63,889 nucleotides of DNA, filler included, from Vicugna vicugna (GCA_013265495.1; 77 parts of 76 records of this genome joined end to end with filler, not necessarily neighbours in it), one strand, 5' to 3'; positions 24,619-37,904 are shown, counted from the first letter of the whole stretch. The notes: generated from the letters alone by a model not told the origin. A program made the numbers and translations.

Positions 24619-25472
24619 GTGTGACCCCATTCATCTACTTGGATTGAGGCTCCACAACTTCCCACCACACAAGGTTGGGTTCCGGAATCGTGAGTGTGGG
24701 GATGTTCCTCCAACAGTCAGCAGCGCTTGTGTTCTACTTGAATCCCTTAACTTGCCTTCACTGATGGTTTGCCTATGCTGGAGTGCAGGGGAATGTGGGG
24801 TTTCCGCTCTAATACCAAGTATTAGCCAATGCATCTACATGGGAATTTGAGAAATTTTACCTCCCACCAGCAACGTGGGAATACATGTGCCACCTGAAAG
24901 ATGCCTGGACTCGGTTTCCCCACCTCCATCACACAAACGAAGATTTGTACTTCTATCCAGAATGTGGGGAGTTTAACTCTAAATGAGAGCAGCACCTGGG
25001 GTCTAATAGAATCCGTTAGCTTGACTTCCTTGAGTGTTTACCTAGGCCGGGCTGTGAGCGAATGTGGGGGTTGGGCTCTAAAGACAAGGATTAGCGAGTG
25101 CCCCTCTATGGGCAGTGGAGGTGTTTAAACCAAATCCCCAACTTGGAACACCTGTGTCCCCATAAAGATGCGTGGAATGCCTTTCCCAGCTCCAGAACAC
25201 ACACGAAGACTTTCAGATATCCTTAGTGTGGGGGGGCTCCTCAAAATGACAGCAGCGCTTGGGTTCTAATAGAATCCCTTAGCTTGTAAAACGAGTATTT
25301 CCCTCGTCCGGGATGTGAGGAAGGGAAAACTCAGGGTTGGTCTTGGAGGCCAAGTAGCACTGTGGGCCCCCTGATCAAATGAGGAATTACTTAGAGGACT
25401 TCTCCCTAAAGGGAACACATTTGACATATTCATCTGGGTGGAGTGGGAATGCACAACTCCACCACACACAAC
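24619..25472 (-). repeat. Diverged ~266-bp satellite, three different monomers
   Basis: GTTCTA(C/A)T(T/A)GAATCC-type motif at about 24731, 25001 and 25263. Confidence 0.9.
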
Positions 25473-26422
25473 NNNNNNNNNNNNNNNNNNNNNNNNNNNN
25501 NNNNNNNNNNNNNNNNTTAATTAATTAANNNNNNNNNNNNNNNNNNNNNNNNNNNNNNNNNNNNNNNNNNNNGCAAGCTAAGCATGCAATTTTCCACGTG
25601 ACCTGTACCCTCCTCCCCACGATAAACAACTTAGTATTTCAGTTGTGTGAAAGAAGGTAGTGAGTTACAACTTTTAGAATACGTACCGTTTCGTTCCTGA
25701 ATTTCTATAGAAAAATACAATGGAAATATTAAGGTCAATACTACGGAAGTGGAAAACCAAGAAACAACATTGTTTGACAAACTTCACAATGAATTGATAA
25801 CTAGCTGAATGCAGATAAACACAGACACACAAACACACGCACGTGCAGTGGATGAGGGCTCATTTTGTCAGGAGACTATACTCCCAAAGAAGAGTAGGGG
25901 TGATATTTAAAAGTATTCTCTTAATGGAGGATGGTTATTAAAATACTAGTTTTGAAAGTTACTTTTTAAAAGTATTCTTTACCTATACTGAATGTAGTAG
26001 CACTCTTAGTATTTGCATTGAACTCTAATAGTCTCTTAAACTGTGACTAAATAGACGGAGCCTACCTCATTACTGTAATACCTAAGATTTAAAGGAAGCC
26101 AAAAGTTAGCATTTTGTATCAGTGTTGTAGAGAAATGCAGGTTTGTTTTCCAGGTGATTCTAGTCACAGTTTTGTCAACTGATGGATACATACACGTCTG
26201 TAATGGGAATTTCTGTTTTTGCTAAAGCCAAAGTGGAGCTGTTGTTAATGAACTGACGTGAAGAGACAGGGTTTAATTACTGAACGATAGTGCAAGTGTT
26301 GATGCATCAAAGGGCTGAGCATNNNNNNNNNNNNNNNNNNNNNNNNNNNNNNNNNNNNNNNNNNNNTTAATTAATTAANNNNNNNNNNNNNNNNNNNNNN
26401 NNNNNNNNNNNNNNNNNNNNNN

Positions 26423-26825
26423 ACTGATGTAAGCTGGAGGAACATTCCCACTCTCATATTCCGGTAGACAAACTTGTGGGGGGAGGGATTTGTTTATCCG
26501 TACTCCACGTAGATGGATGTGGGCACAGGTGTACCCCTTTAGGGAGAATTCATCTAAATACTTCCTCAGTCCATCGGGGGGCACTCGCTACTATTTGGCC
26601 TCAAAGCCCAACCCCCAGCTTTCCCTCAGAGCCAGGCCTAGGGAACAACTCAGGTATTACAAGCTAAAGGATACTATTAGAACCCAGGCGCTGCTGTCAC
26701 TTGAAAGTGCCGGCCCACACTCAGGATACAATCAGGATACCTGATCACGTCTTTGTGTGTGGGTTGGAAGTGGGGAAAAGGAGTCCATGCATATTTATGG
26801 GGGCACAGTTATTCCTAGGTAGATG
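26423..26825 (+). repeat. Diverged ~266-bp satellite
   Basis: CAAGCTAAAGGATACTATTAGAACCCAGGCGCTGCTGTCA core. Confidence 0.88.
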
Positions 26826-26925
26826 NNNNNNNNNNNNNNNNNNNNNNNNNNNNNNNNNNNNNNNNNNNNTTAATTAATTAANNNNNNNNNNNNNNNNNNN
26901 NNNNNNNNNNNNNNNNNNNNNNNNN

Positions 26926-27559
26926 GAAATATGCCATTTACAATGTGTCAATCTGTGGTGTAAAGCACAGTGTCACATGCATGCATATATTTCTGTGTAT
27001 ATTAAATGTTACTTCATGATATTTAACTTACTGCCCTGTGTCATACAAAAGAAATTTTGAAAACATCTATTTTTATATATACTGGATAATATTTATAAAT
27101 CTACAGCTCCCAAATATATCCTCTACCAGTCCCTTTCTGCATTAACCATAAGATTATTAAGTAGATGTGCAAGTGTGATTCAGTTTTGTAGATGAAATCA
27201 TAGTGTTCACATCCAAATTTTATTTTAATGTTCTACATATGTCATGTCATCTGTTATTTTTCTTTCTCTTTCTGGCTTACTTCAAGTAGAATGACACTTT
27301 TTGGGGACATCCATTTTGCTGCAAATGTCATTGTTTTATCATTTTTTATTGCAGAATATTATTTCATTGTGTAAATAGAGATGTGAAAATACAGCATAAC
27401 TTCTGTATACTATCATCTTTTGTTGGACAATTAGGTTGCTTCCATGTCGTGGCTGTTGTAAATAGCACAACTAAGAACATTGGGGTGCAGGTGTCTTTTT
27501 CAAATAGGGTTCCATTTGATATATACCCAGAAGTGGGATTACTGGATCATATGTTAAGT
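26926..27559 (-). mobile_element. Degraded L1 3' end
   Basis: Homologous to 9530-10170 (TCTGGCTTACTTCA...GCTGCAAATG...TTAGGTTGCTTCCATGTC...ATATATACCCAGAAGTGGGATT). Confidence 0.85.
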
Positions 27560-28273
27560 NNNNNNNNNNNNNNNNNNNNNNNNNNNNNNNNNNNNNNNNN
27601 NNNTTAATTAATTAANNNNNNNNNNNNNNNNNNNNNNNNNNNNNNNNNNNNNNNNNNNNGTCAGCCTTCTAGCTAAACAGCTTGTGTACGTTTTGGTGGC
27701 AGGTTTGCTAAATAGTAGTTTTCAGGCACTTGAGCGATGTCCATCACACCAGCACTGCGGGAGCCTATTTCTCACCCACGACCATGTGAGACCCTCCTTT
27801 CTTCAGCTGCCTCACCCAGGCCCCCATATTCTGATTCTTTCTCACGACCCATTTTCATAAAGTTCAGCCCTGCACCAGCAGAGGAAGTCTTGGTTTCTCA
27901 AAGACCAGGAAATTAGTTCTAGGTTTTCTGTTAAAGGACAGTGTATAAAATCAGGCAAATTGANNNNNNNNNNNNNNNNNNNNNNNNNNNNNNNNNNNNN
28001 NNNNNNNNNNNNNNNNNNNNNNNNNNNNNNNNNNNNNNNNNNNNNNNNNNNNNNNNNNNNNNNNNNNNNNNNNNNNNNNNNNNNNNNNNNNNNNNNNNNN
28101 NNNNNNNNNNNNNNNNNNNNNNNNNNNNNNNNNNNNNNNNNNNNNNNNNNNNNNNNNNNNNNNNNNNNNNNNNNNNNNNNNNNNNNNNNNNNNNNNNNNN
28201 NNNNNNNNNNNNNNNNNNNNNNNNNNTGATACTGGAGTTATGAGTTCAAGTATGTAAACTTGATTTCTGTGGT

Positions 28274-28407
28274 ACTGTCGATAAACCACAAAATTTGAGA
28301 GATGTTGGTTAAAGTTTATCTGGGGCACAATGAGGACCAGAGTCCAGGTGACAGCATCTCAAAGAGCTCGGAGGAACTGCTCTGAAGATGAGGGGGAGCT
28401 CAGAATT
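28274..28407. mobile_element. Possible LTR terminus fragment
   Basis: TGTCGATAAACCAC...AAAGTTTATCTGGGGCACAATGAGGA...CTCGGAGGAACTGCTCTGAAGA has the layout of an antisense ERV1-type LTR end. Recall only. Confidence 0.35.
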
Positions 28408-28507
28408 NNNNNNNNNNNNNNNNNNNNNNNNNNNNNNNNNNNNNNNNNNNNTTAATTAATTAANNNNNNNNNNNNNNNNNNNNNNNNNNNNNNNNNNNNN
28501 NNNNNNN

Positions 28508-28978
28508 AGGCAAATAACAAGAGAAACAATTGAAAAGATAAAAAAAAATATACCAAAGTCTGTTTCTTTTAAACATAAACTGAACAAACGTTTAGATTGG
28601 CTAAGAAAATAAAGACTCAAATAAAATAAGAAATAAAAGAGAAGATTTTACAACTGATGTTGTAGAGATGCAAAGCATCATAAGAAATTACCACTAGCCA
28701 ACGATTTGAATGACCTAGAACAAAAGACAATTTTCCATAAACATATGTCTTCTAATACTGAATCAAGAAGTAATTAGAAATTTAAATATAGCAAAAGTGT
28801 GTATGAGTAAATCAATAATCCAAACAAACGTCCGAAAAAAAATTTACAAGACAGCTTTACTGGTGAATTCTGTCACACATCAGAAGACAATTTTTCACCC
28901 ATTCTTCCCCATATCTTCCAAGAATTTGAAGGAGGTGAAAGATTCTAAACTTATTTTATGATGCCAGCTTTATTTGCA
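28508..28978 (+). mobile_element. Degraded L1 ORF2 fragment (between endonuclease and RT domains)
   Basis: AGACTCAAATAAAATAAGAAAT...TACAACTGAT...ACTGAATCAAGAAG...CTTTACTGGTGAATTCT are L1 ORF2 motifs. Confidence 0.8.
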
Positions 28979-29078
28979 NNNNNNNNNNNNNNNNNNNNNN
29001 NNNNNNNNNNNNNNNNNNNNNNTTAATTAATTAANNNNNNNNNNNNNNNNNNNNNNNNNNNNNNNNNNNNNNNNNNNN

Positions 29079-29544
29079 GGATGAAAGATTAGTAATCCAC
29101 ATGCTCACAACACAGGAATGCATTTTTGTCAAATATGTCATGTATGTAGCATGTCAGAAACACGGAATATCATGTAGATTGAATCTATTCAAATTACATA
29201 TCTCTAGGGTAGAATTCTCTCCAAGAGGATTTTTCTGGGATCAAAGTGTGATTCTTGAAACTGGTGAAAGGAAGAACCAAGAAAGTANNNNNNNNNNNNN
29301 NNNNNNNNNNNNNNNNNNNNNNNNNNNNNNNNNNNNNNNNNNNNNNNNNNNNNNNNNNNNNNNNNNNNNNNNNNNNNNNNNNNNNNNNNNNNNNNNNNNN
29401 NNNNNNNNNNNNNNNNNNNNNNNNNNNNNNNNNNNNNNNNNNNNNNNNNNNNNNNNNTACATGTGCAGAGATTTCGCTCAAAGAGTGTTTTCTAGTGCTA
29501 AATGGTCGATTTTAGAAACTGGTGATAGGAAAAACCTATGAAGT
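29079..29544 (-). repeat. AT-rich ~740-bp satellite
   Basis: Reverse complement of the 22589 unit. Confidence 0.92.
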
Positions 29545-29974
29545 NNNNNNNNNNNNNNNNNNNNNNNNNNNNNNNNNNNNNNNNNNNNTTAATTAATTAA
29601 NNNNNNNNNNNNNNNNNNNNNNNNNNNNNNNNNNNNNNNNNNNNAAAATGGGCTGGCAACATTTGCGGTGTGTTAAGAAGCCCACCGAGCAGACCCAGGT
29701 CCCGACTGGAGGGTCAGTTCTACAAGGGGCCCCCGAGTCGACTGCCCTAGCAAAGGAAAGGGCAGGACTTCAGGAGACCAGACCCTAAGATGCACGGGGC
29801 AGGACAGCCATGAAGTCCTGGTACAACCTTCCCAAGTTGTAGGAGGCTTCTCTGGGCATGGGTTTACCTGCATTTCTGGATGGTGTGCCCAAGCCACGTG
29901 ATCAGTCTGTCCCCTACAGTGTCCAGCACATAAAGGGGAGTCTACTACCCGCCCAAGAGCTCACATATATTGTC

Positions 29975-30280
29975 ACCAGGCACCATCCTAAGCACAGGTA
30001 ACAGCTCATTCCAGCCTCACAGTGGCCCCGTGAAATAGGCTCTGTTATGACCCCATTTTACAGACGAGGAAACTAAAGCACAGAGACCTCTTCCCTGGTT
30101 CCATGGTGTGGTGAAAAGCACACAAGATTTAGAGTGAGAGGGTGTGGCCTCAGGTCCTGCTGTCAGCTGCCAACACCTGCATGAGACTTTTAATCTCTCA
30201 GAGTATCTTTGTAAAGTGGGCATCATACCACCAGCCTACCCAACACAGGAGGCGTGAGAGCACTTGGTAAATGCATAAAA
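29975..30280. mobile_element. Two MIR SINE fragments in opposite orientation
   Basis: CCCATTTTACAGACGAGGAAACTAAAGCACAGAG (MIR core), then TTAATCTCTCAGAGT...TGTAAAGTGGG. Confidence 0.7.
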
Positions 30281-31999
30281 TATGACACAAAGGGGCAAAT
30301 GTTATTACAAATGGTGTTTAAGGATACGACAATCCTGGCGATTTCTCAGCTGTTTCCTTTAGGAGGAGGGAAGGGAAACCCTGAACAGAGGGAGGCAGAA
30401 ACTAAAACTTGTTACAGTCATCCTTCGGCATTTATGGGTGTGGGGCGGGGTTGGTTGCAGGCCCCCCTCATGGAAAACAAATTCGACAGATGCCCAAGTT
30501 CCTGATAACCAGCCCTCCGAACACACGGACCCAACCAACGTGGATCCCATAGCATTTCTGATTGACGATTGGTTGANNNNNNNNNNNNNNNNNNNNNNNN
30601 NNNNNNNNNNNNNNNNNNNNTTAATTAATTAANNNNNNNNNNNNNNNNNNNNNNNNNNNNNNNNNNNNNNNNNNNNTTGAAATCCTAACGCTTCGATACG
30701 AATGAAAACAAGTAAATGGCCGCCAAACGTGCAAAATAAAACACTAAATTACGAGTCTGACTCGACATACGGTGGGGAAGGGCTTTCCTTTCCCGGTAAG
30801 AGATTGGATCACACGCTTCCCCAGCCAATGTCTGATCCCAAACAGGGGATAACGGTTTCTCAGTACCCAGTCGGAGGCCAAGAGGGAAACCAGGGAGATT
30901 TACACAGTCACGCAAAGGTTGTTTTCTCATCAAGAGCTAAAGCCACGGAAAAAGAAAAGCCAAACCAAGAAAGAGGCCACTACATGCTGCACGTGCGGGA
31001 TGTTCTCAAGCAGGTGTTGGTGACCACCTGTCCACTGTCCCTGCAGCACTCGGGCCGGATGCTTCCCGTCCGCAGGTCCATGCTCTGCAGCCCTGCTGGT
31101 GGGGGGCACAGCCAGCTGGTGCCCGGCCTCTGTTCCCTGGNNNNNNNNNNNNNNNNNNNNNNNNNNNNNNNNNNNNNNNNNNNNTTAATTAATTAANNNN
31201 NNNNNNNNNNNNNNNNNNNNNNNNNNNNNNNNNNNNNNNNCTTTTATGATCATATCAGTATTAAGAACATTTAGATTTTCTTAGATATAAAAATGTAGAA
31301 AATCAGCATTGGTGGGAAATATGTAGTTACTCAGAAATATTTTAGGAAAAATTTTCACTATGATTTATGATGTAGTAAATACTCATCTACGTTAGTGATA
31401 CTCAAGTCCCATGATTCTCCATTTATCTTTTGTCTGATGCATTTTGGATGAGACAGAACATTTTCAGATTCTTTCATTGGAGCATTTCATGCTGTTTTTC
31501 TTCTCAGTTGTTTCACTCCACTCAATCACTAACTTACTCATTGATTCAGTACAGATTAATTGATTGGTATGTGTATGGTTCCTTAATAGGAGCTGCATGA
31601 GAGAGGAATCAAAGAGAGGAATCTTAATAAGACATAAATCCAATCTTATGAACCTATTGACCATCATGTAATGGAAAGACATGTGCTAAGACACAATTAT
31701 GAAAGAAGGGTCAAAGGCCATAAAGGAAGGAAGGGTACAGTTCTGTTTCTGTTCCTGCAGCTTCAGGGAACGTGGCTTTTGACTTCGTACCTGAAGGCTC
31801 GTCACTGTTTCGGCAAATGGAGGAGAGGAGGNNNNNNNNNNNNNNNNNNNNNNNNNNNNNNNNNNNNNNNNNNNNTTAATTAATTAANNNNNNNNNNNNN
31901 NNNNNNNNNNNNNNNNNNNNNNNNNNNNNNNAATGATAAAATTTTAGAAGATAAAGTAATAGTCATTTTTCTAATTTCTTAGAAGCTATACATGTTTTT

Positions 32000-32125
32000 C
32001 TAATCCTCACAAGAGTTTTCTAAGCTAAGTATTATCCTTCTTAATTTACAGGGTAGGAAACTGAGTCTCAGAAAGACTGGCTTAATTTCCCAGGATCACA
32101 CAGCTGTTAAGTGGTAAAGGCCAGT
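32000..32125 (-). mobile_element. MIR SINE fragment
   Basis: TTTACAGGGTAGGAAACTGAGTCTCAGAAAG...CCCAGGATCACACAGCTGTTAAGTGG. Confidence 0.7.
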
Positions 32126-32738
32126 TCTATGTAAATCCAAAGTTTAGTTTATTCACAGTGCAAGCTACTGAGTATGAAAGACAATTAAGCTAATGGGATG
32201 ATTGATGTAAAAGTAGATGACATTTAAAGAATATTCAAAGGGAATTGTGCCAAAAGGCTTTATGTTTAGAGTGAGGTGGGAAGCTCCGTTAGTGGCCAGC
32301 ACAATCTGTTTCCCTGGCCCAGTGGCATTATCTTGCTTTTTGTCCCTGAAATGAAATNNNNNNNNNNNNNNNNNNNNNNNNNNNNNNNNNNNNNNNNNNN
32401 NTTAATTAATTAANNNNNNNNNNNNNNNNNNNNNNNNNNNNNNNNNNNNNNNNNNNNAGGGGGCCTTGGGAGACAACACTGCCTATTTGCTGAGCTTCAT
32501 CCAGGAGCTGGGCCTTAAGTCAGGGATGGGGAAGAAAGAGGCCAGGCAAGTAACTTCTTACTTTTTTGGCTCAAACACAGGGTTTTTTAAAAAAATTATT
32601 ATTAGTTATCAGCATTTAAAAGTTGGCAGGTTTCATGGNNNNNNNNNNNNNNNNNNNNNNNNNNNNNNNNNNNNNNNNNNNNTTAATTAATTAANNNNNN
32701 NNNNNNNNNNNNNNNNNNNNNNNNNNNNNNNNNNNNNN

Positions 32739-32903
32739 ATGTCTGGGGACATTTGTGGTCATCATGACTGGGTGGAGGGGTGCTACGGACATCTTGTGAG
32801 TGAAGCCAATGTTGCTGCCACACACCCAGCCATGCATGAACAGCCCCAAGAGAAGAGAGCTGTCTCACCCACGTCAGCAGTGCCAGGGTTGAGCAGCTTC
32901 CCT
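32739..32903 (+). mobile_element. MER20-like hAT DNA transposon fragment
   Basis: ATGTCTGGGGACATTTGTGGTCATCATGACTGGG...GTGCTAC..ACATCT...GTCAGCAGTGCCAGGGTTGAG follows the recalled MER20 consensus. Confidence 0.7.
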
Positions 32904-33799
32904 GACTGACCGTGCTGCCTCCAGTTCTTGTCTGGGGCACTTTCCCTAGACCTGAGACATACTGTATATTTGGTTTGGTCTGAAAGATGGTAGATACAGC
33001 CCCAGAGAATGTCTGTGACCCCAGGTCCAGCTANNNNNNNNNNNNNNNNNNNNNNNNNNNNNNNNNNNNNNNNNNNNNNNNNNNNNNNNNNNNNNNNNNN
33101 NNNNNNNNNNNNNNNNNNNNNNNNNNNNNNNNNNNNNNNNNNNNNNNNNNNNNNNNNNNNNNNNNNNNNNNNNNNNNNNNNNNNNNNNNNNNNNNNNNNN
33201 NNNNNNNNNNNNNNNNNNNNNNNNNNNNNNNNNNNNNNNNNNNNNNNNNNNNNNNNNNNNNNNNNNNTCAACCACAACATTAGAAGAACAATATACCTAT
33301 GTGTCTGTCTGAGACCCATTAATTATTCAGGCTCCTGTGAGTGCCTGGGTGCATATGGACTTGATGGCCCTGGAAGGGATCTTTGTCCTCATAGGGGAAC
33401 GTGGCACACAGGGTAGGGAACCACTGTCAGTGAGGGTTCCTTTGATCAGAGGCGGCATGGTGGGTACTCACATCTGGAGCTGAACAAATGATCAGTCCAG
33501 GCGGGAGGCGAGGGCGGTGTCTGCTCATGATGGTGGGTGCTCTGCCGTGCTTGTCCAGCCTCGTCACTGGTCATTAAAGGACTCTGACAGCCAAGGCTTC
33601 AGGCTGCTTTCTCCAGCCCCAGGGAGAGTAGGAGCTCTGGAATGAAGCCCATGAACAGAAGAGACTCCCGCCAAGACTCTGAATCTTCTGGGACCATCTN
33701 NNNNNNNNNNNNNNNNNNNNNNNNNNNNNNNNNNNNNNNNNNNTTAATTAATTAANNNNNNNNNNNNNNNNNNNNNNNNNNNNNNNNNNNNNNNNNNNN

Positions 33800-34588
33800 T
33801 GCATTCCATGTTCTAAATTCTGGGTTATATAATCTATATTCTATTTTCTATGTCTGTGTTCTACATTCTATATTTTAAATAGTATATTCAGCTTTCTCTA
33901 TTCTATATTATAAATTCTGTGTTCTACATTCTATATTCTAAATTCGATATTCAGTATTATGTAATCTATATTCTAAATTCTGTGTTCTGCATAGCATGTT
34001 CTTTATTCTGGATTCTTTATTCTGTATTCTACATTCTATATTCTGTGTTCTACATTCTATATTCAGTGTTCTGCGTTCTATATACTAAATTCTATATTCA
34101 GTATTCTATATTATATATTCTAAATTCTGGGCTCTACCTTCTATATTCTAAATTGCATATTCACTATTCTGTATCCTATATTCTAAATACTGTGTCCTTA
34201 TTTCCATGTTCCAAAATCTGGCTTCAATATTCTCTAAGCTATATTTTTTCTTCCGTTTTGTATATTCTAGTTTCTAAATATATATATTCAGTATTCTGTG
34301 TTTTATATTCTATATTCTGTGTTCTACATTCAATTTTTTAATTGATTATTTAGTATTCTGTTTTCTATAATCTAATTTCTGTGTTCTGCATTCCATGTTC
34401 TAAATTCTGGGTTCTATATTCTCTTTTCTATTTTCTATATTCTGTGTTCTACATTCTATATACAGCATTCTGTATTCTATATTGTAATTTTGTGTTCTAT
34501 ATTCTATTCTAAATTCTATATTCAGTATTATGCATTCTATAAACTAAATTCTGTGTTCTGCATTCTATATTCTTAATTCTATATTCAG
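33800..34588 (-). repeat. TATAGAA heptamer-based satellite
   Basis: TTCTATA-type tandem 7-mers that share variant blocks with 1624-1880. Confidence 0.95.
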
Positions 34589-34688
34589 NNNNNNNNNNNN
34601 NNNNNNNNNNNNNNNNNNNNNNNNNNNNNNNNTTAATTAATTAANNNNNNNNNNNNNNNNNNNNNNNNNNNNNNNNNNNNNNNNNNNN

Positions 34689-35129
34689 AAATTGGAAGAG
34701 AAGAGGTAAAACTGTCCTTATATGCAGATGATATACTATTATATATAGAAAACCCTAAAGAATTCATACAAAAACTACTAGAGATAATTCATCAAGGTAG
34801 CAGTATACAAGATTAACATATAAAAGTCAGTAATATTTCTTTACACTAACAATGAAATATCAGAAAAGGAATGTAAAGAAACAATCCCTTTTAAAAATTG
34901 CATCCAAAAGGATAAAATACTTAGGAATAAATCTGACCAAGGAAGTGAAAGACCTATATGCAGAGAACTACAAGACACTAAGGAAATGGAAAGATATTCC
35001 ATGTTCTTGGATTAGAAGAATTAATATTGCTAAAATGGCCATACTACTGAAAGCAACCTATAGCAATCAATCCCTATAAATCCTTATAAAATCACCCAGG
35101 ACATTTTTCACAGAACTAGAACAAATAAT
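34689..35129 (+). mobile_element. L1 ORF2 reverse-transcriptase fragment
   Basis: IGREEVKLSLYADD, then [23 protein letters not shown]...[20 protein letters not shown]. Confidence 0.93.
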
Positions 35130-35229
35130 NNNNNNNNNNNNNNNNNNNNNNNNNNNNNNNNNNNNNNNNNNNNTTAATTAATTAANNNNNNNNNNNNNNN
35201 NNNNNNNNNNNNNNNNNNNNNNNNNNNNN

Positions 35230-35978
35230 TTGTTTACATAACCATGGCATTCCGTATTACGAACATGTCCATGCTTCTTGGATTCCTCATACATGAATTT
35301 CTGAGTTGTGAACATGTGCATGACTGATGTTTCAACTATCAAACAAGTTACCTATGCACTCTGAAATATTTACTTTGACTTTGTAGCTTCTTCCTATCAC
35401 CAGTTTCAAGAATCAGACTTTGATCCCACAAAAACCCTCCTGTATCGAATTCTTCCTTAGAGATATGTAATTAGATTACATTACATCAACAGAATATTCC
35501 GTGTTCCGTACGTGCTACATACATGACATATTCGACAAACATGCATTCCTGAGTTGAGTGCATCTGGATTACTAATCTTTCATCCTCTATGTAAGGAATA
35601 TTTTCATCTAGACACGTGTACACATTTTAACAAGCTTTCCCTAACACCAGGTACGAATTCGTGCATTTTTCACAGAAAAATTGTTCTGGAGCGATTTCCA
35701 CGTAATAGGTATGTAATTTACATGAATTCCATCAACATGGCATTCCGAGTTCCGTACATGCTACATGCATGNNNNNNNNNNNNNNNNNNNNNNNNNNNNN
35801 NNNNNNNNNNNNNNNNNNNNNNNNNNNNNNNNNNNNNNNNNNNNNNNNNNNNNNNNNNNNNNNNNNNNNNNNACTTCATATTTCTACCACCAGGTTCTAA
35901 AATCGGACATTTGGAACCAGAAAACGCTCTTTCTAGTGAATTCTCACCAATACACATGTAATTTACATTGTTTACATA
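35230..35978 (+). repeat. AT-rich ~740-bp satellite
   Basis: TTGTTTACATA at both 35230 and about 35968, i.e. one full unit. Confidence 0.93.
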
Positions 35979-36078
35979 NNNNNNNNNNNNNNNNNNNNNN
36001 NNNNNNNNNNNNNNNNNNNNNNTTAATTAATTAANNNNNNNNNNNNNNNNNNNNNNNNNNNNNNNNNNNNNNNNNNNN

Positions 36079-36579
36079 GAGCGTGGGGAGGTTTCACCAA
36101 CGGTCGACAGCGCGTGGGTTCTACCGGAATGCCTTTGCTCGTCTCCCGTGAGATTTTTCCGAAAGTCTCTTTGCCAGGGAATTCTAGGGGTGATTGCAGG
36201 TATCCCAGTGACCGAGGCTGCCTCCCCAAGGTCAGGGAAGTTATTTCCCGGACTTCCCCGAACAGGGAACACCTGTGACTAAAGAGAGCTGCGTGGAGTT
36301 GTCTCTCGAGCTCCCCCACGCACAGACAATNNNNNNNNNNNNNNNNNNNNNNNNNNNNNNNNNNNNNNNNNNNNNNNNNNNNNNNNNNNNNNNNNNNNNN
36401 NNNNNNNNNNNNNNNNNNNNNNNNNNNNNNNNNNNNNNNNNNNNNNNNNNNNNNNNNNNNNNNNNNNNNNNNNNNNNNNTCCCCAAGGTAAGTTATTTCC
36501 CGGACTTCCCCGAACCGGGAACACCAGTGACTTGAGAGAGATGCGTGGAGTTGTCTCTCGAGATCCCCCACACACTGAC
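36079..36579 (-). repeat. GC-rich 267-bp satellite
   Basis: Reverse complement of the 21580 monomer. Confidence 0.95.
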
Positions 36580-36679
36580 NNNNNNNNNNNNNNNNNNNNN
36601 NNNNNNNNNNNNNNNNNNNNNNNTTAATTAATTAANNNNNNNNNNNNNNNNNNNNNNNNNNNNNNNNNNNNNNNNNNNN

Positions 36680-37804
36680 CCCCACGCACTGAAAATGGTT
36701 CTGGATTCCTGAGCGTGGAGAGGATCCACCAACCGTCGGCAGCGCTTGGGTTCTAACGCAATTCCTAAGCTCGTCTCCTCTGAGGGTTTTCCTAATGTCT
36801 CTGTGCCAGGGAATGCTAGGGGTGATTGCAGGATATCCCACTGACCGAGGCTGCCTCCCCAAGGTCAGGGAAGGTATTTCTCAGACTTCCCCGAACACGG
36901 AACACCTGTGACTGAAGAGAGCTGCGTGGAGATGTCTCTCGAGCTCCCCCACGCACTGACAATGGTTCCGGATCCTGAGCGTGGGGAGGTTAGACCAAAG
37001 GTCGGCAGAGTGTGGGTTTAAACTGACTGCCTATGCTCGTCTCCCCTGAGGGTTTTCCTAATGTCTCTGTGCCAGGGAATGCTAGGGGTGATTGCAGGAT
37101 ATCCCACTGACCGAGGCTGCCTCCCCAAGGTCAGGGAAGNNNNNNNNNNNNNNNNNNNNNNNNNNNNNNNNNNNNNNNNNNNNNNNNNNNNNNNNNNNNN
37201 NNNNNNNNNNNNNNNNNNNNNNNNNNNNNNNNNNNNNNNNNNNNNNNNNNNNNNNNNNNNNNNNNNNNNNNNNNNNNNNNNNNNNNNNNNNNNNNNNNNN
37301 NNNNNNNNNNNNNNNNNNNNNNNNNNNNNNNNNNNNNNNNNNNNNNNNNNNNNNNNNNNNNNNNNNNNNNNNNNNNNNNNNNNNNNNNNNNNNNNNNNNN
37401 NNNNNNNNNNNNNNNNNNNNNNNNNNNNNNNNNNNNNNNNNNNNNNNNNNNNNNNNNNNNNNNNNNNNNNNNNNNNNNNNNNNNNNNNNNNNNNNNCGGA
37501 ATCCTGAGCGTGGGGAGGTTCCACCAACGGTCGGCAGCGCGTGGGTTCTAACGGAATGCCTGAGCTCGTCTCCCCTGAGGTTTCTCCCAATGTCTCTGTG
37601 CCAGGGAATGCTAGGGGTGATTGCAGGATATCCCAGTGTCCGAGGCTGCCTCCCCAAGGTCAGGGAAGATATTTCTAGGACTTCCCCGAACACGGAACCC
37701 CTGTGACTGAAGAGAGCTCCGTGGAGTTGTCTATCGAGCTCGCCCACGCACTGACAATTTTTCCGGAATACTGAGCGTGGGCAGGTTCCACCAACGGTCG
37801 GCAG
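36680..37804 (-). repeat. GC-rich 267-bp satellite
   Basis: Tandem reverse-complement monomers. Confidence 0.96.
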
Positions 37805-37904
37805 NNNNNNNNNNNNNNNNNNNNNNNNNNNNNNNNNNNNNNNNNNNNTTAATTAATTAANNNNNNNNNNNNNNNNNNNNNNNNNNNNNNNNNNNNNNNN
37901 NNNN

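Noticed and set aside
36244..36263. CENP-B box in the 267-bp satellite (GTTCGGGGAAGTCCG(A/G)G)
   Set aside because: It has TTCG-N4-A, but the CGGG is one base out of register or absent, so it does not meet the TTCG-N4-A-N2-CGGG consensus.
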